Origin: Blepharisma stoltei ATCC 30299 | Taxonomy: Eukaryota; Protista; Ciliophora | NCBI GenBank assembly: GCA_965603825.1 | Contig: CBFDEM010000036.1 | Location: 744,001-808,000, forward strand | DNA length: 64,000 nucleotides | Reading direction: 5' to 3' | Part shown: positions 33,081 to 45,572 of the stretch, piece after piece | Numbering within the stretch: position 1 is the stretch's first letter | How the letters are laid out: every line of letters starts with the position of its first letter | Translations under genes and position numbers: made by a program | The notes under the pieces: model-generated | The model's input: the letters and a program-made list of their open reading frames with translations, nothing else | The model's database searches: none | What the model was told of the DNA's origin: nothing

Positions 33081-34193
33081 TTAAACTGCAGTTGCAAATC
33101 CTAGTCTGGATTTTCCATAGTCAAAATGGGTATAGTAAGTTCTAATAAATAAGTCTCCTAAAATCACGACATTTTTAAACTTTTCTGGGAAGCCTGCACC
33201 AATCCAGCCATTTTCACAAATTGATTTTCCAGCTATTGACATTTCTATAACATAGTCTTCAGGTTTTAATACATAATCAATACCACCAATAGTTACAGTG
33301 ACATCAGGCAGGTCAGGAATATTAGAGCAATCAGTATTAATCTGTGGAATTTCGCTGTTGATTAGCTTAATAACTGAATTGTCGCCTACAAGTGCAGAGG
33401 TTCCTGAGTCTACAATTCCTCTAATATTTTGGACATCAATTTCTTTTCCATTCACACTAATTTTATCTATTTGAATTAGCCAATAGTCATCTTCTACCAA
33501 ATCTACATAATTCCAGTCCCCTTGATAGCATTTTTCATTATAGCCTCCAAGCGTTAAAATGCTTCCATCTTGATTATCCCCTTTTGTTAAATAAAACGCG
33601 AAGGAATCGTCTTCAAGCAATCCTAAGTCATACATAGTCTGATAAACTGGCTCAATATCATCAACAGAAATAGCTCTCCAGGCCATCCCTAAAATTCCAT
33701 CAAATTTAGCTAGTAAAAAGGAAGTACCACTTACGAGAATCATTTCTCCAAAACGGACCTTTGGGACTTCTATGCCTCCCCATGTAACTTTATCTTGAGA
33801 AAGGACACCTTCTACTTTTCCTGAGCCGTATTCTATTGTGATAGGGGTTCCATCAGATTCATATGTGTTTGATTGGTCTCGTCTGTATTTATTATGGAAA
33901 AGACAGGATGGAGATATACAAAATTTTGAAGGGACCCAGAGGTTGGAGGAACCTGTGTCAAAGACGACTTGAAATTCTTGTGGGGGTGTGCCAAGGTGGA
34001 TTGGGCCATAGTATTGAGCTGATTGGTAGTTCTTTAGTGGGACATCAACTTTTGAGCTAGAAAGTTTGGCAAGGACTTGAAGAGATTTGAAGTGGGCGTA
34101 TTTTTCTTCATTAGTTGAGTACAATGGTCGTAATGATATGTCGAGAGAAGACACTAAAACTCCGAGAAAAGAGGAAATGACTAAAAATATCAT
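33081..34193 (-). CDS. pepsin/cathepsin D-like aspartic protease (A1)
   Basis: Signal peptide; FDTGSSNLWV and VDSGTS catalytic motifs; FDGILG; ILGD.F. Confidence 0.95.
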   Translation of the reverse strand: MIFLVISSFLGVLVSSLDISLRPLYSTNEEKYAHFKSLQVLAKLSSSKVDVPLKNYQSAQYYGPIHLGTPPQEFQVVFDTGSSNLWVPSKFCISPSCLFHNKYRRDQSNTYESDGTPITIEYGSGKVEGVLSQDKVTWGGIEVPKVRFGEMILVSGTSFLLAKFDGILGMAWRAISVDDIEPVYQTMYDLGLLEDDSFAFYLTKGDNQDGSILTLGGYNEKCYQGDWNYVDLVEDDYWLIQIDKISVNGKEIDVQNIRGIVDSGTSALVGDNSVIKLINSEIPQINTDCSNIPDLPDVTVTIGGIDYVLKPEDYVIEMSIAGKSICENGWIGAGFPEKFKNVVILGDLFIRTYYTHFDYGKSRLGFATAV

Positions 34194-34469
34194 TTTAATT
34201 CGGTATCTTTTGAATTAAATATGGTAAGATACTATTTTGATTGGATATTATTATTGGTCAAAGTAATATGAATTTTAATTAATAAAATTGGAGATAAAAT
34301 ATTTGGATTTTTGGGTATAAAAATTTTCGAAATTGTAATAAAACTTTAGCTATTAATAAATTTGTTTGAAATTAAGGGTTGATAGTAGATTTATTTTAAT
34401 TTTTTATTTTTTTGAGTTTATTTAAAATCTTTAAAATTCCAACAGAAACAAAAAAATTTATAATAATAA

Positions 34470-34982
34470 ATGGCGGGATTAATTGAGAAGTTTGTATGGG
34501 TTTATTTTTTAGCTATGATCATCTGTTGCCATCTATCTCTATTAATTTGTCAAGATGTAGTCTCAAACAAGCAATCTTGCCCCAGCAAGCCTCCAATTTA
34601 TGATTTAGTTGAAAAATATATTTTTTCAGTGCCTTTAATAAAGAAAAGTATTATTGCGATATATTCATCGCTGAAAATCAAAGACGATTTAATCGCATTA
34701 ATAGCATTAGCTGGAATTCCAGCACTAATAGCAGAAAATATGTTCATTGTCTACTTAGTAATCAGATACACTTTAAGCTTTATTTCAACCATCCTCAGCA
34801 ATCTTTTAAAAGGAATTGTCATCTCTTTAGTCCTCTCTCTACTAATATCCCTCCTATTTGGCGAAGAATTCACATCAGAAACATTCATTTCCACTATCTC
34901 AAGCAACCTCGACACCACCTGGCATACTCTTTCCTATTACGCCAACCTCGCATCAACTTTCTTCCTTCACTATAATAAATAA
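34470..34982 (+). CDS. hypothetical multi-pass membrane protein (170 aa)
   Basis: ATG follows AATAATAA; several hydrophobic segments; no family recognised. Confidence 0.6.
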   Translation: MAGLIEKFVWVYFLAMIICCHLSLLICQDVVSNKQSCPSKPPIYDLVEKYIFSVPLIKKSIIAIYSSLKIKDDLIALIALAGIPALIAENMFIVYLVIRYTLSFISTILSNLLKGIVISLVLSLLISLLFGEEFTSETFISTISSNLDTTWHTLSYYANLASTFFLHYNK

Positions 34983-35049
34983 CATTTTTAGTTTACTAAT
35001 CTCCGCAATTTCTTTCCTCCTTCATCCCAAATCTAACTTTATAATAAAG

Positions 35050-37338
35050 ATGGCCTCAGGACAGCCTACACCTGCGCCTCCTCAATTTTTTGTTGATTCC
35101 AAGAAAGGTGAAGTCAATGAGTTAAAAACTCTCATCAAAGGTATCATGACTGAAAGAGACGTAAAAAAGAGACGTGAAGCAATTAAAAAGGTTATTGCCT
35201 ATATGACATTGGGTGTAGATGTATCCAAACTTTTTACTGATATGGTTCTTATCTCTTCCACAAACGACATTGTGCAGAAAAAGATGATTTATCTTTATCT
35301 TGTAACCTATGTAGAAGCTAACCAAGAACAAGCACTGATGGCTATCAACACATTTTTTAAAGACTGCAAAAGCACAAATCCAGACCCAAAAATCAGAGGA
35401 CTAGCTCTGAGGAACTTGTGCTCACTAAGATTTCCAGGGGCTATTGAATATATTCAAAGTGCAGTACAAGAAGGGCTTATGGACCCTGATCCTTATGTAA
35501 AACGAACAGCGATAATGGGCCTAGTCAAGCTTTTCCGCTACGCAAAGGACTTGGAAATTGATCCTTCATTCATAAACACTGTTTATGAGCTTATAAGAGA
35601 TCCAGACCCTACTGTGTCTGCTAATGCTATTATAGCGCTAAATGAAGTCCTTGAAAATGAAGGAGGAATTGCTATTAACAGAAGAATGGTGATTTATTTG
35701 CTGAATAGGATCCACCAATATACAGAGTTTGGCCAGAGCATTATTTTTGATGTGGTGTCAAAATACCAGCCGATAGATGATAATGAAAAGATTGATATTC
35801 TGAATATTTTAGAAGAAAGGCTCAAGCATGCATCCAGTAGTGTTGTCCTTGGATGTATTAAGGTGTTTTTGAATTTAACTAAAGATAGTCCGGTTTTGCT
35901 TAACCAAGTTTTTGGAAGAGTTCAAGCTCCTTTAGTCACTCTGTTTATAGGTGCAGAAGTAGCTGGGGCTTATGAGCTATCTTATTGTGTGCTTTCTCAT
36001 ATCCATTTACTGATAGCAAGAGGCGCTGCTGACGTGTTTGAAAGAGATTATAAAAACTTTTTCTGTAAATATGACGAGCCAACCTATATAAAATTCATAA
36101 AAATAGAAATATTGACAATGATTGCAACTGAAAATAATTTAAGTGATATTGTTAACGAGCTATGTGCATATGTTACAGACGTAAATATCGAAATGAGCAA
36201 GCAGTCAATTAAATCAATAGCTTTAATAGCTATGAAAGTTGAGGCAGCAAGCATAGCCATTATAAGACAGCTTATAAGTTTCTTAGGCTGTGGCATTGAT
36301 TATGTGGTTACTGGAACTCTTGTAGCTATGAAAGATTTATTAAGAAAATATAGAGATTTGAGTGACGAAATTATTTCACAGGTAGCAAGCTCATTAGAAG
36401 TAGTAAGTAATGATGAAGGAAAAGCTGCGATTATTTGGATGATTGGAGAGTTTGGGTATGAAATTGAAGACGCTCCTTATATTTTAGAAGGAATCATCAA
36501 TAGCTTTAACCCAAATGATAATCTGCAAGTTGCCCATGCTTTATTGACTTCTAGCGTTAAACTTTTCTTGAAGAGGCCTCCTGAAATGCATGCTGCTTTG
36601 GGTATTCTTATGAGGCAGATTTATAATGAATGCGATAACCCAGATTTGCACGATAGGGCAGGGTTTTACTATAAACTGTTAGAAAGTAATCCAGAAATGG
36701 CTTATGAAGTTGTAAACTGCGAAAAATACCCAATCAGCGTATTTTACGAAGATGAAAAATCGCAGACTATAGATAAATTATGCCAAGAATTCAACAGCTT
36801 AAGCGTAATATATCAAAAACCTACCAAAAAAGTAAAAAAACCTATGCCTGAGACCAACGAAAATGTAGATGAGCGTCAGATTGTCCCTTATACAAATAAT
36901 CAAGAAGACCAAGAATCTGATTTATTAAATCTTCATGAAGAAATCGAATCAGGCGGCTTTGATATTCAAGGAAAAGATGAGTATTTCTCACTACAAGTGT
37001 CACCATCTATGAGTAGTGAAGAGTACCAGAATTTATGGATGAATATTACAGAAGAATTTAAAGAGGAAAAACAATTATTAAGAATGGCCACAGTAGAACA
37101 GGTTGAAGAATTATTTGCAGAAAATTCTGTGAACTGTGTAGCATCAGGAAACCAAGATGGGGTTATGAAGTTTTATTTCTACGCAAAAGAAGCTAAAGGA
37201 GGAAACCCATTTTTAATTGAATTGGTTATGATAATTAGTAATGCAGAATTGTCTTTTACGTTGAAATCTCAAGATAGTTCACAAATACAAGACTTTTTAG
37301 AGATATTTTATCAGATATTGGCTCCATTAATAAGTTAG
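35050..37338 (+). CDS. AP4B1: adaptor complex beta subunit, probably AP-4 beta (762 aa)
   Basis: KKGEVNELK, KKVIAYMTLGVDVS, IRGLALRNLCSL, DLHDRAGFYY, short single C-terminal appendage. The real ATG is 35050. Confidence 0.85.
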   Translation: MASGQPTPAPPQFFVDSKKGEVNELKTLIKGIMTERDVKKRREAIKKVIAYMTLGVDVSKLFTDMVLISSTNDIVQKKMIYLYLVTYVEANQEQALMAINTFFKDCKSTNPDPKIRGLALRNLCSLRFPGAIEYIQSAVQEGLMDPDPYVKRTAIMGLVKLFRYAKDLEIDPSFINTVYELIRDPDPTVSANAIIALNEVLENEGGIAINRRMVIYLLNRIHQYTEFGQSIIFDVVSKYQPIDDNEKIDILNILEERLKHASSSVVLGCIKVFLNLTKDSPVLLNQVFGRVQAPLVTLFIGAEVAGAYELSYCVLSHIHLLIARGAADVFERDYKNFFCKYDEPTYIKFIKIEILTMIATENNLSDIVNELCAYVTDVNIEMSKQSIKSIALIAMKVEAASIAIIRQLISFLGCGIDYVVTGTLVAMKDLLRKYRDLSDEIISQVASSLEVVSNDEGKAAIIWMIGEFGYEIEDAPYILEGIINSFNPNDNLQVAHALLTSSVKLFLKRPPEMHAALGILMRQIYNECDNPDLHDRAGFYYKLLESNPEMAYEVVNCEKYPISVFYEDEKSQTIDKLCQEFNSLSVIYQKPTKKVKKPMPETNENVDERQIVPYTNNQEDQESDLLNLHEEIESGGFDIQGKDEYFSLQVSPSMSSEEYQNLWMNITEEFKEEKQLLRMATVEQVEELFAENSVNCVASGNQDGVMKFYFYAKEAKGGNPFLIELVMIISNAELSFTLKSQDSSQIQDFLEIFYQILAPLIS

Positions 37339-37491
37339 ATTCATGGTAATTTGAGTTATCTGTATTATTTGATATTATTTATTTCCATATTTATATGTCC
37401 TATACTTATATAGCATTCTTAAAATTTAAGAGTTACACAATGCATCATTAATGATCTTATTTAATTCGAAAAAAATTGTCATATTATAAAA

Positions 37492-39999
37492 ATGAGCCTC
37501 AAAGATGATAAAGACCAAGTTCTTCATCAAACTATTCTTGATGTTCATCCAGATCCCTATGCCACTTCTGCAGAAATGGGTGAAGTCCCAAAGTCTACTT
37601 TTGAGTCTAGATCGCCTGAAGGTGATTTACTAATATATCAGCCTTTTAAACTGCTAAAGCAAACTGAAGATCGGTATAAAGATGATAAAATACTCAAAGG
37701 TCTACTAAATTGCGACGGTTTTGAATTTATTGCTCCTGATACAAAATTCAGACAATCCTTATTATATGATTTACTTTTTGATTATGAAAAAGACGAACAA
37801 ACTCGCTGTGAAATTTTAATTTTAGTAGCAGTAGATGTGCTCGATGTAAACACCTACAAAGAAACAATGCTAGGAATAACCGCAAATCTTGAATATTTTC
37901 GTCAAGTTGGCCTTCAAACAGAAAAAATCTGTTGTATTGTTATAATTGATGGGATGGAAAATTTTATGAGAACTTATAAGAATCAATGTGACTATTTTAA
38001 GCAATTTTTTGATCAAGATCTTATTAAAGATTTTTTTCATGTAGAAGATTTAAGAGATTGCAAAGTTAATGGAGGGAATTCTGACGATGATCTGCTCCAT
38101 TGTTTCATGAAAAATGCTATTTTTGATAATTCAAATATAAAACTTCAAATGGTTTTTGCAATAAAACAAGAGCGCAGCTTGAAGCTAAACACCCATTTAT
38201 GATTCTTTGGAGGATTCTGCCAGATGATTAACCCAGGCTATGTTATGTTGCTAGAAGCAGGGACAAGGCCTATGCCTAAAGCGCTATTTTATTTATATGA
38301 AGCTTTAAGAATTGATGACCATTTAGCAGGCTGTTGTGGAGAGCTTAAAGTTGAAGATAAAACCTACTGAAACCTCGCCTTAGGAGCCCAAGCTGCTGAA
38401 TATAAATTTAACCATATTTTTAACAAATCTTTTGAGAGTTTAACAGGCTATGTTTCCGAAATGCCTAGTTCTTTTAGTGCTTATCAATGAAACGCTCTCC
38501 AAGGCGACCCTCTTTGAAAATACTATTTCAAGCCTTTTACCCAGCCTGAAAAAATGACTCCATACCAAGCAAGTATTTATTCTTATGAAAGCGAAGTTTT
38601 GACTCTTGCACTTGTGGCTAAACATAAGTGCAATTATACATTAAGGTATGTTAAAAGGGCTACAGCAAAAACTACAGTCCCTACGTCAATTATTGATCTT
38701 ATGATACAAAGAAGATGCTGGATTAATTGGAGATGGCACTTATTGGTTGATCTATTCAAAACTTTTGACTTGATTTCTAAGTCAAAACATGAAGGCTTTA
38801 GATCGTTAGCACTTAGATTTAAAGTTCTTGTGTACTTTTTAGATACTTTATGTATATGGTTTTCTGTGGCTGGGCTATATATGGCATTTGCATATTGTCT
38901 TAGGCAAACTTATAGAGATGAATCAAGAGAAAGTAATATATATGGATGAGGAAATTATGTTATATTGCTTTACATTTTTCAAATAATTGTGATTTTTTCA
39001 CTGTCGTTGTCTGCAAGCATTGATAGACTGAAAGGAGAGTTTAAAATATTATCATCAATACAAGGAGCTTTTATAATATTTTTCATTTCTCTGCAAATAA
39101 AAATAATTTTGAATGGAGATCCATACACTGAGTGAAAAATAGGGTTTACACTGATAATACTTGCAGGGGTGCTGCTTAATGTAATATTGCATTGCTCGGT
39201 TTTTGAGATCGCCAAAGGTATAGCACATTTAACATTCCTTAGCAGCTCCTACATAAATATATTTTTAATAAATGCAATTTGCAATACTCAAGAAAATTCA
39301 TTAGTCCCTATAAACTTAAAAATTGACGAAGAGCAAGCTTCTGATTATTTTATGTACCGAACCAAATGCACATTAGTATGGGCTTTAAGCAATGCTACTC
39401 TGGCATATTTTTTAAACCTATTTGATCTACAGCATAACACTGAAGAATATTGATTATTGTATTTAATGGGTATAATTGGTGCAGTTTTATTAGCTGTGCG
39501 AATTCTTGCAGCATTTATTTATATTTTAAATGAATATTTTACAAGCTGTTTCTGTAAAAAAAATATAAGTATTGATGAAAATTATCGTCCAATCCAAGTT
39601 AAAAGAGTAAGATACTCGAAAAAAAATCCAGAACGTATTGAAAAAGACATTATTATAGATGAAATTGGTTTTAATCCTGAAAGAATTTGTAATGATAAAG
39701 ATCAAGAATATATCATGAAATTGAACAACCTTAATGCTGGGAAATTTTCTTTAAGTACAAGCAAAGCACAAGAGTTGTCTTTATTGGATGAAAGCTATAA
39801 AAGATATGGGGACATTAATGGGGATTATATAAGGTCTATTAGAAGAAGAAAAGGGCTGAGCGTTAATCAAGTATCAAAAATAACAAAAATTGATAAATAT
39901 AGGCTGAAAATTATTGAAAATAACATCGATAAGCCTACTCCTGAAGAAGCAGCAATTTTAAGGTACTATATTAATAATGAAAATACTCAAGAGCCATAA
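37492..39999 (+). CDS. chitin-synthase-like (GT2) membrane protein with degenerate active site and C-terminal XRE-type HTH (835 aa)
   Basis: One frame with 7 TGA (38200, 38368, 38488, 38515, 38947, 39133, 39451). IIDG, KLNTHL(W)FF, GTRP, GCCGEL, AQAAEYK..FES..GYV..P..FSAY, QRRCW, TM block, then GDYIRSIRRRKGLSVNQVSKITKI..LKIIENN..P. Confidence 0.88.
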
Positions 40000-40238
40000 T
40001 ATCAATTATGAGAGATTTACAAGCAATTTAATAAATTAAAACAATTTTTTAAAGTGTGAAGTTCTACTAAAAGCATATGACAAAAATGGATTAATAAATT
40101 AAAAAATCACCAATATTTAATCGAAAACCTTTTCTATTTGTATTTATTTTTATAATTTTAAAGGCAAATTTATTGATTTTCATTATATTGCGATTTTCTT
40201 ATTGACAATTTATTCCCCTAATCCAGAAAAATATAAAA

Positions 40239-40874
40239 ATGAAAACTAATGTTCAAGCCGAAGCCTATTTTCCAGGTGTTACACTCCCTCCACAGCCTTT
40301 ACGATCTCACCAAACGCACTATAAAGCCCTAATGTCTCGTCTGTACTATTCCTCAGCTTGTAAAATATTCTATACAATTATGATAATTTTGACGACAACA
40401 TGCATAATCTGGACTCTCCTAAACACCGGAACGTATCCGATAGAAGGATGATTTGTCGCCCTTGAAGTCATTTTAATTGTTCTGCTTACAGCAGAGCTGA
40501 TTTTCAGGGTTTTCATGCAAGGGCTTAAAATTTTTATAAAAGATTTTGAAAACATTATTGATATCTTTGTAGCGCTTATAAGCATCGCAGGTGTTTTCGT
40601 TGGGTTTGAACTCCACGATGAGCTTGCCGATATGGAAGAATCCCTTTCAATGTTTATTCTATTGCTAAGAACATCTACGAATTATCTAAGATTAGCGATA
40701 TTTGTCAAGAATATGAGAAATACAGCAGTAAGCGAGATAAGTCTGACCCATATAAGCCCATCAAAAAGCTCAGAAAAAATCGAAATGAATAAGCCAGTGT
40801 CAAAGTATATCATGGAACGAAAAAATTCAAAAGAATTTTCGACCCTTTCCGATGAAATTTCTATCGAAGATTAA
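40239..40874 (+). CDS. stand-alone voltage-sensor-domain (4-TM) protein (211 aa)
   Basis: TGA 40449 read through. S2 LE.......ELIFR, S3 FENIIDIFV, S4 LLLRTSTNYLRLAIFVKNMR; no pore domain. Confidence 0.78.
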
Positions 40875-40930
40875 ATTTAATTGAAAATTCTTTTAAGTTG
40901 TAAATTAATTAGGCATAAATAAATATAAAT

Positions 40931-43315
40931 CTAGTATTGATTTTTTCGCTTCCTCCAGACCTGGAATGAGATGTAAAGAGTCTCGTCAAGATTTCGGTCG
41001 AAATACGAAAGTACTGCATTTAAACTTTCATTGACCTTTTGGAATCGATAAGCAGACATAGTTGGCTTGGCTGGAGATTTTGAGAGGAAACTGTCATCGT
41101 TGTGGACTAAATTGATATAGTCGTTTTTAAAATTACTTCGTAGGCTGTGCTCTAGCACACTCCCTTTAAAGACTGACATGTTTGTTATTGATTTTGTGAG
41201 TTGGATTCCTGAAGACACTTTTTTAGGGATTGAATTTCTAGGACTTTTAAAAGGGGTTTCTTCTCCAGGTTTCCTGATATTTCGCCACATATAAAAATAG
41301 AATGAAAATTTTTTCCTTAATGCAAATTCTATCACATTGATTGCAGATTGTTTGGCTTTGACAAAATCGACACATTTTCAAAGAAATCTCTCAAACCATC
41401 TGATGTTATTTTTCTTCACAATTCGAGCAACCCTTAATAAAGCTTTTTCTTTCGCTTCTGATGATTGCACAGGAATTTTCCTTCTCCATATGTTCCAAAC
41501 CCTCATCTTTATGTTTTTATAGTAAGGGATTAACCTGGTAAAAGCTCTATTCAAGACTTTGAATTTATGCGCGTTTATTGCGGATTCTCGTTTTTTCGCT
41601 AATTTATAGTTGCTGAACAATAGTTTCCTCTTTTTATTAACTAAATCTTCGAATATAGCTACAACTGTAATTGTTTTTAGTGAATCATACTCAGTCTTTT
41701 TATATATATGATTAACAGTTTCTTTCCAATGGCGTAAGCATACTCGTTGCCTATACCCAAAATCTTTTTTAATGTTTTTCATAAGAATTTTAAGCCCTTT
41801 TTCTAAGTTCTTTTTATGCATATAAAATGCTTTGATCACAGAAAACCCAGATTCAAGAGCATTTCGTCTTGAATAAGCCTTTGATTTAATTATGGCATCG
41901 CATAAAAAATCGATATTATCTGTTGAGTAAATTAAAAGGGTTTGGAAGGCTTCACTTCTGGTTCTTCTGTTTATATTGTCTTCAACTATATTTAGATGCT
42001 CAACAAGCTGCTTAGTATGTTTTATTACACGGGTTGAGGACCGAGATCGAGAGGCTCTGAGCTCTTTTAGATGTGAATGAATGTCGTCTAAACAAACCTG
42101 CAGGCTTTCTTTTGTGGAGTGTCTTTTATTTGATCTTGGAGGCTTTGCATCTCTATTTAGGATTTTTTGGAAATAGGGCTTTAGCTTTGCTCTGAATTGG
42201 TAGTCAAGATTTATGAGGGATTGCTCTTGAAGCTCTTCTAAGTTAGTATCTGAGCCGCTCATGTTGAGGGTGTCTTCTAGTACTAAAGACTCAATGTTTA
42301 AATTCCCAGCAGATCTTAGTGCTTTAAAACTCTCCTGTTTAACTTTCCTTGTTACCTTTAGCAATAGTACAGACAGTTTTACAATCCCATTTGAAAAGTT
42401 GCTTAACCCAGTTTTATACCTTGGGCTATCATGGAATCTGCTTGAAAAAGACGAGGACCCTGTCATATTTCCAGACGACAAAGGATTTTCCATCGAACTC
42501 AGCATCGATCTTTTATGCCAATTTTCTAAATGGCTAACCCTTTCAGTTTCCACCACCACTGGCTGCTTCTCTTCAGACTTTCATTGTTCATTAGATCTAT
42601 TATACTCGTCAACTGTCTCAATAATAACTGGATTCTCTTCTCTGGAGTTCCTAAAATTTTTTTTATCTGAATTCTGATTTCTCGGTGAAGGTCTTATAGA
42701 AACTGGCAAACTTTCTGACATATGATTATCAAAGCCATGTATGATTTTCCCTTTCATCTTATTTGTTGTCCTTTGAGATGAGGCTGATCTATCAAATGAA
42801 GCTATATTTAGCTGATATGGGTTTGGTTTATTAAAAAAATAATTTTTTTCTTCTTCTTTTTTCATCAATTCAGTTTTAGTTTTCCATATGCGGAAATGCT
42901 TAGCCATAAATTCCACGATTCTGCCTACTAATAAAGCTGCTGAGTCTAACTTGTAGGATCTTAGTTTGGTTTTTTGAGGACTTGGACTTCTGAAGAGTTT
43001 TGGGCTAAGCAGATTTGGGCTCCCAATTCGAAATCGGGGAGGCGAATGGTGGTTTAAGCTTGATCGACCATTGCTAGGCATGGAATCGATGCTGAGAAAA
43101 GGTTTAAAAACGTTTACGCAGGGTTCTGTGCTTAAAACCTCCCCAACTTTGGGATCTATTTTATGAGATCAGTTGAAAAGGTAACTATGCACCCTTCTGC
43201 TGCGAGATTTTAAATCTAATGAACTTTTTGCTATTGCTGCTTGCTTATTTCGTTGTAATCTGTGCTGAAGCATTTCCCGCCTATATGCAGTCACACTATT
43301 TAGAAGATCTGCCAT
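40931..43315 (-). CDS. basic Ser/Pro-rich protein with Sfi1-like FxxW repeats (794 aa)
   Basis: ATG 43315; one frame through three TGA. FRIWK, LRHWK, WNIWR, FYMWR, FQVWR. Confidence 0.75.
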
Positions 43316-43523
43316 TGATGTATTACTTACTTAATATTTGACATGAAAAGTTGCTAAAACTATCAGAGTTTACCTACATTTGAGAAAAATAAAATTTATA
43401 TAAATATAGTTATCAATAAGTGAATATTTTTAAAACTTGGAGTAATAATAAATGCCAAACCCAATTAAGAAAAATTAAAAGAACCGAAGAATCTTTATAA
43501 AAAAATAAATTGAATATAACTAA

Positions 43524-45572
43524 TTATTGCTCTTCATCATCGAAGACCCTTAGACGATTTGTTGAAAGCTCACAAATGGCACCAACAGGGAGTCTCATAA
43601 AATGTCTATACAAGCTTCTTCCTTTGCCTTCATTATAAATTGCAATATGAGAATAAGACTGATTAGTAGTTCTTTCATAGTATTCTGCAACTGCAACTTT
43701 TCTAACATCCCCATTTAAAGTCCTATATTTATGAGCCTTTGATATTACCCATTTCAAGTATTTTTCACTAACTTCACTGTCATATGGCACTAAAAAATCA
43801 CTTTCGAGAGATGTAAGTCTATGATAAGTATCAAGCATTCTTCCATTCATGTGGATATACAGCAAATAGTTATAAAAAAGAAAAGAGCAAGCTGAAGACA
43901 GCGCGATATATATTAAAAACGTAATGCAAGGCCCAAAAAATCCGCTGTCTTCTCTATCTTGGAAATAAATTGACAGCAGAAAAGGATCGTGGCTTCAATC
44001 ATCCTGCCCCAAAGACAGTCCAATTGATTCAACTATTGTAATGACTGGGTCTAAAACCATACACAGCCCAAATAAAACACCAATTCTAAACCCAAGTGCA
44101 GGGAAATATCCCTGATATCAATAGACTAAAAATGCTAGCAGTGAAAACAGCCCAAATATAAAAATCGAAAAAAGAGACCCAGCAAACAAATAGCCTACAA
44201 TTGAGCCAAATTTCATGTCTGAAGCACTTTCTAAATCAAAAGTGATCCATAAAACTGTATATTTAGTCACTTCAATGCCACTCATTTTCAGAAAAAGATA
44301 CTGTCCGAAATAATGTGTCAGTCTATCAATTCACAAGGCAAATGCAAGAATCAATAATGTGATCCAAATCTGCGCATATTTAAGCTTGCCGACTCTGAAG
44401 CCTAAGTCTTGGAAAACTTCAGTGAAAATGTATTTCAGCCTTCTGGATCCTTGCCACCTTGACTTCAGTCCATCTGGCCCTGTAACGCTGAACTGGTAGT
44501 CTTCAAATTGTTCTGGGTATTTTAACTGTATTCCTTCAGGTGGAAAATCAAGCTTCATAGAGAAATATAAGTTGCACATCCAAGTTTCAATGTCGTATTT
44601 ATATCTTTCTTCCAAATCAGAAAATTTTTCACATTTTAGGTCAATTTCACCTTTCAGCATTGGGATTTTGAAAAGTCCTTCTGAGATTTGGAAATCAGAG
44701 TTGCATAGAGGAAAGTAGCCATATGCAACAGGCTTATCATATTTTAGCATTCTGTTTCTTAAGATAAACAGCTCAAATGAAAGAACCATGGAGGGTTTTA
44801 AGTCTGCAGCTGGAGGGACTTTAATTTCAAGGGTTTCTTCAATTCTTAAACAATTATGGAAATATCTACCGCCATGTCTTTTTGCTTTCGTAATTCTTTT
44901 TTCTTTTGAAAGCTCCACTTTGGTTCCTCCAAGTCTATCTCATAGAGTTACAAGCATCACAAAATAAGCACAAGGCAGCTTATCCTTGATGGCTCTGCAT
45001 AATTCAAGTCTGACAAAAAGTTTTCTTTCGGTGCGATCCCAACGTTTCATTTCCTTGTCGGCTACTTCGTTGAGTTTTCCAATCCTGTGAGTTGTTTCAT
45101 TTCTTCTTAGTTTTATTACATCTTTAAGCTGCTTCGTTGCACTTTTGAATCTCTCGGCAATTTTTCGCTTTCGTAGGTTTGATTCATTGGAGGCAATTTT
45201 TTCATTGCCTTTGAGATATTGCTGTCTCCATAAGAAATTAGTTCGAAGCCTAGCTTTGTTTTGTCGTTCTAATATTTTTATTTCTTCTAAACGCTCTTGA
45301 TAAGAAATTTGTTCGGCTGCTCTGAATTTTTGAATTACATCGCTGTCCTCTGGGACATATTGAAGCTGGTTTCTTGTTAATTCTTCTAAGTCAATGGAGT
45401 ATTTTAGATCAGGCTCTTGCATGAGTCCATCCCTCAGCTCTTTATAAATATCAAGGTTGTTATTGTCTTCTTCCAGGGGAAAGTCAGTCACCAGAGTATC
45501 GCTTAGTGTTCTATCATATTCATATTCAGGCACCTCTATGTTAAGAAGCGCCTGAGTGTCTTTTCTTTCCAT
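43524..45572 (-). CDS. OFCC1-like protein: C2-like domain + multi-TM region (682 aa)
   Basis: KDKLP..YF..LVTL(W)DRLGG, PSMVLSFELF, YFPLC..F....G.FKIP.L.GE.D, HMNGRMLD.Y.RL. One frame through 4 TGA. Confidence 0.72.

Noticed and set aside
34858-35049. N-terminal extension of the beta-adaptin overlapping the upstream gene
   Set aside because: TTG start; adaptin homology begins after ATG 35050.
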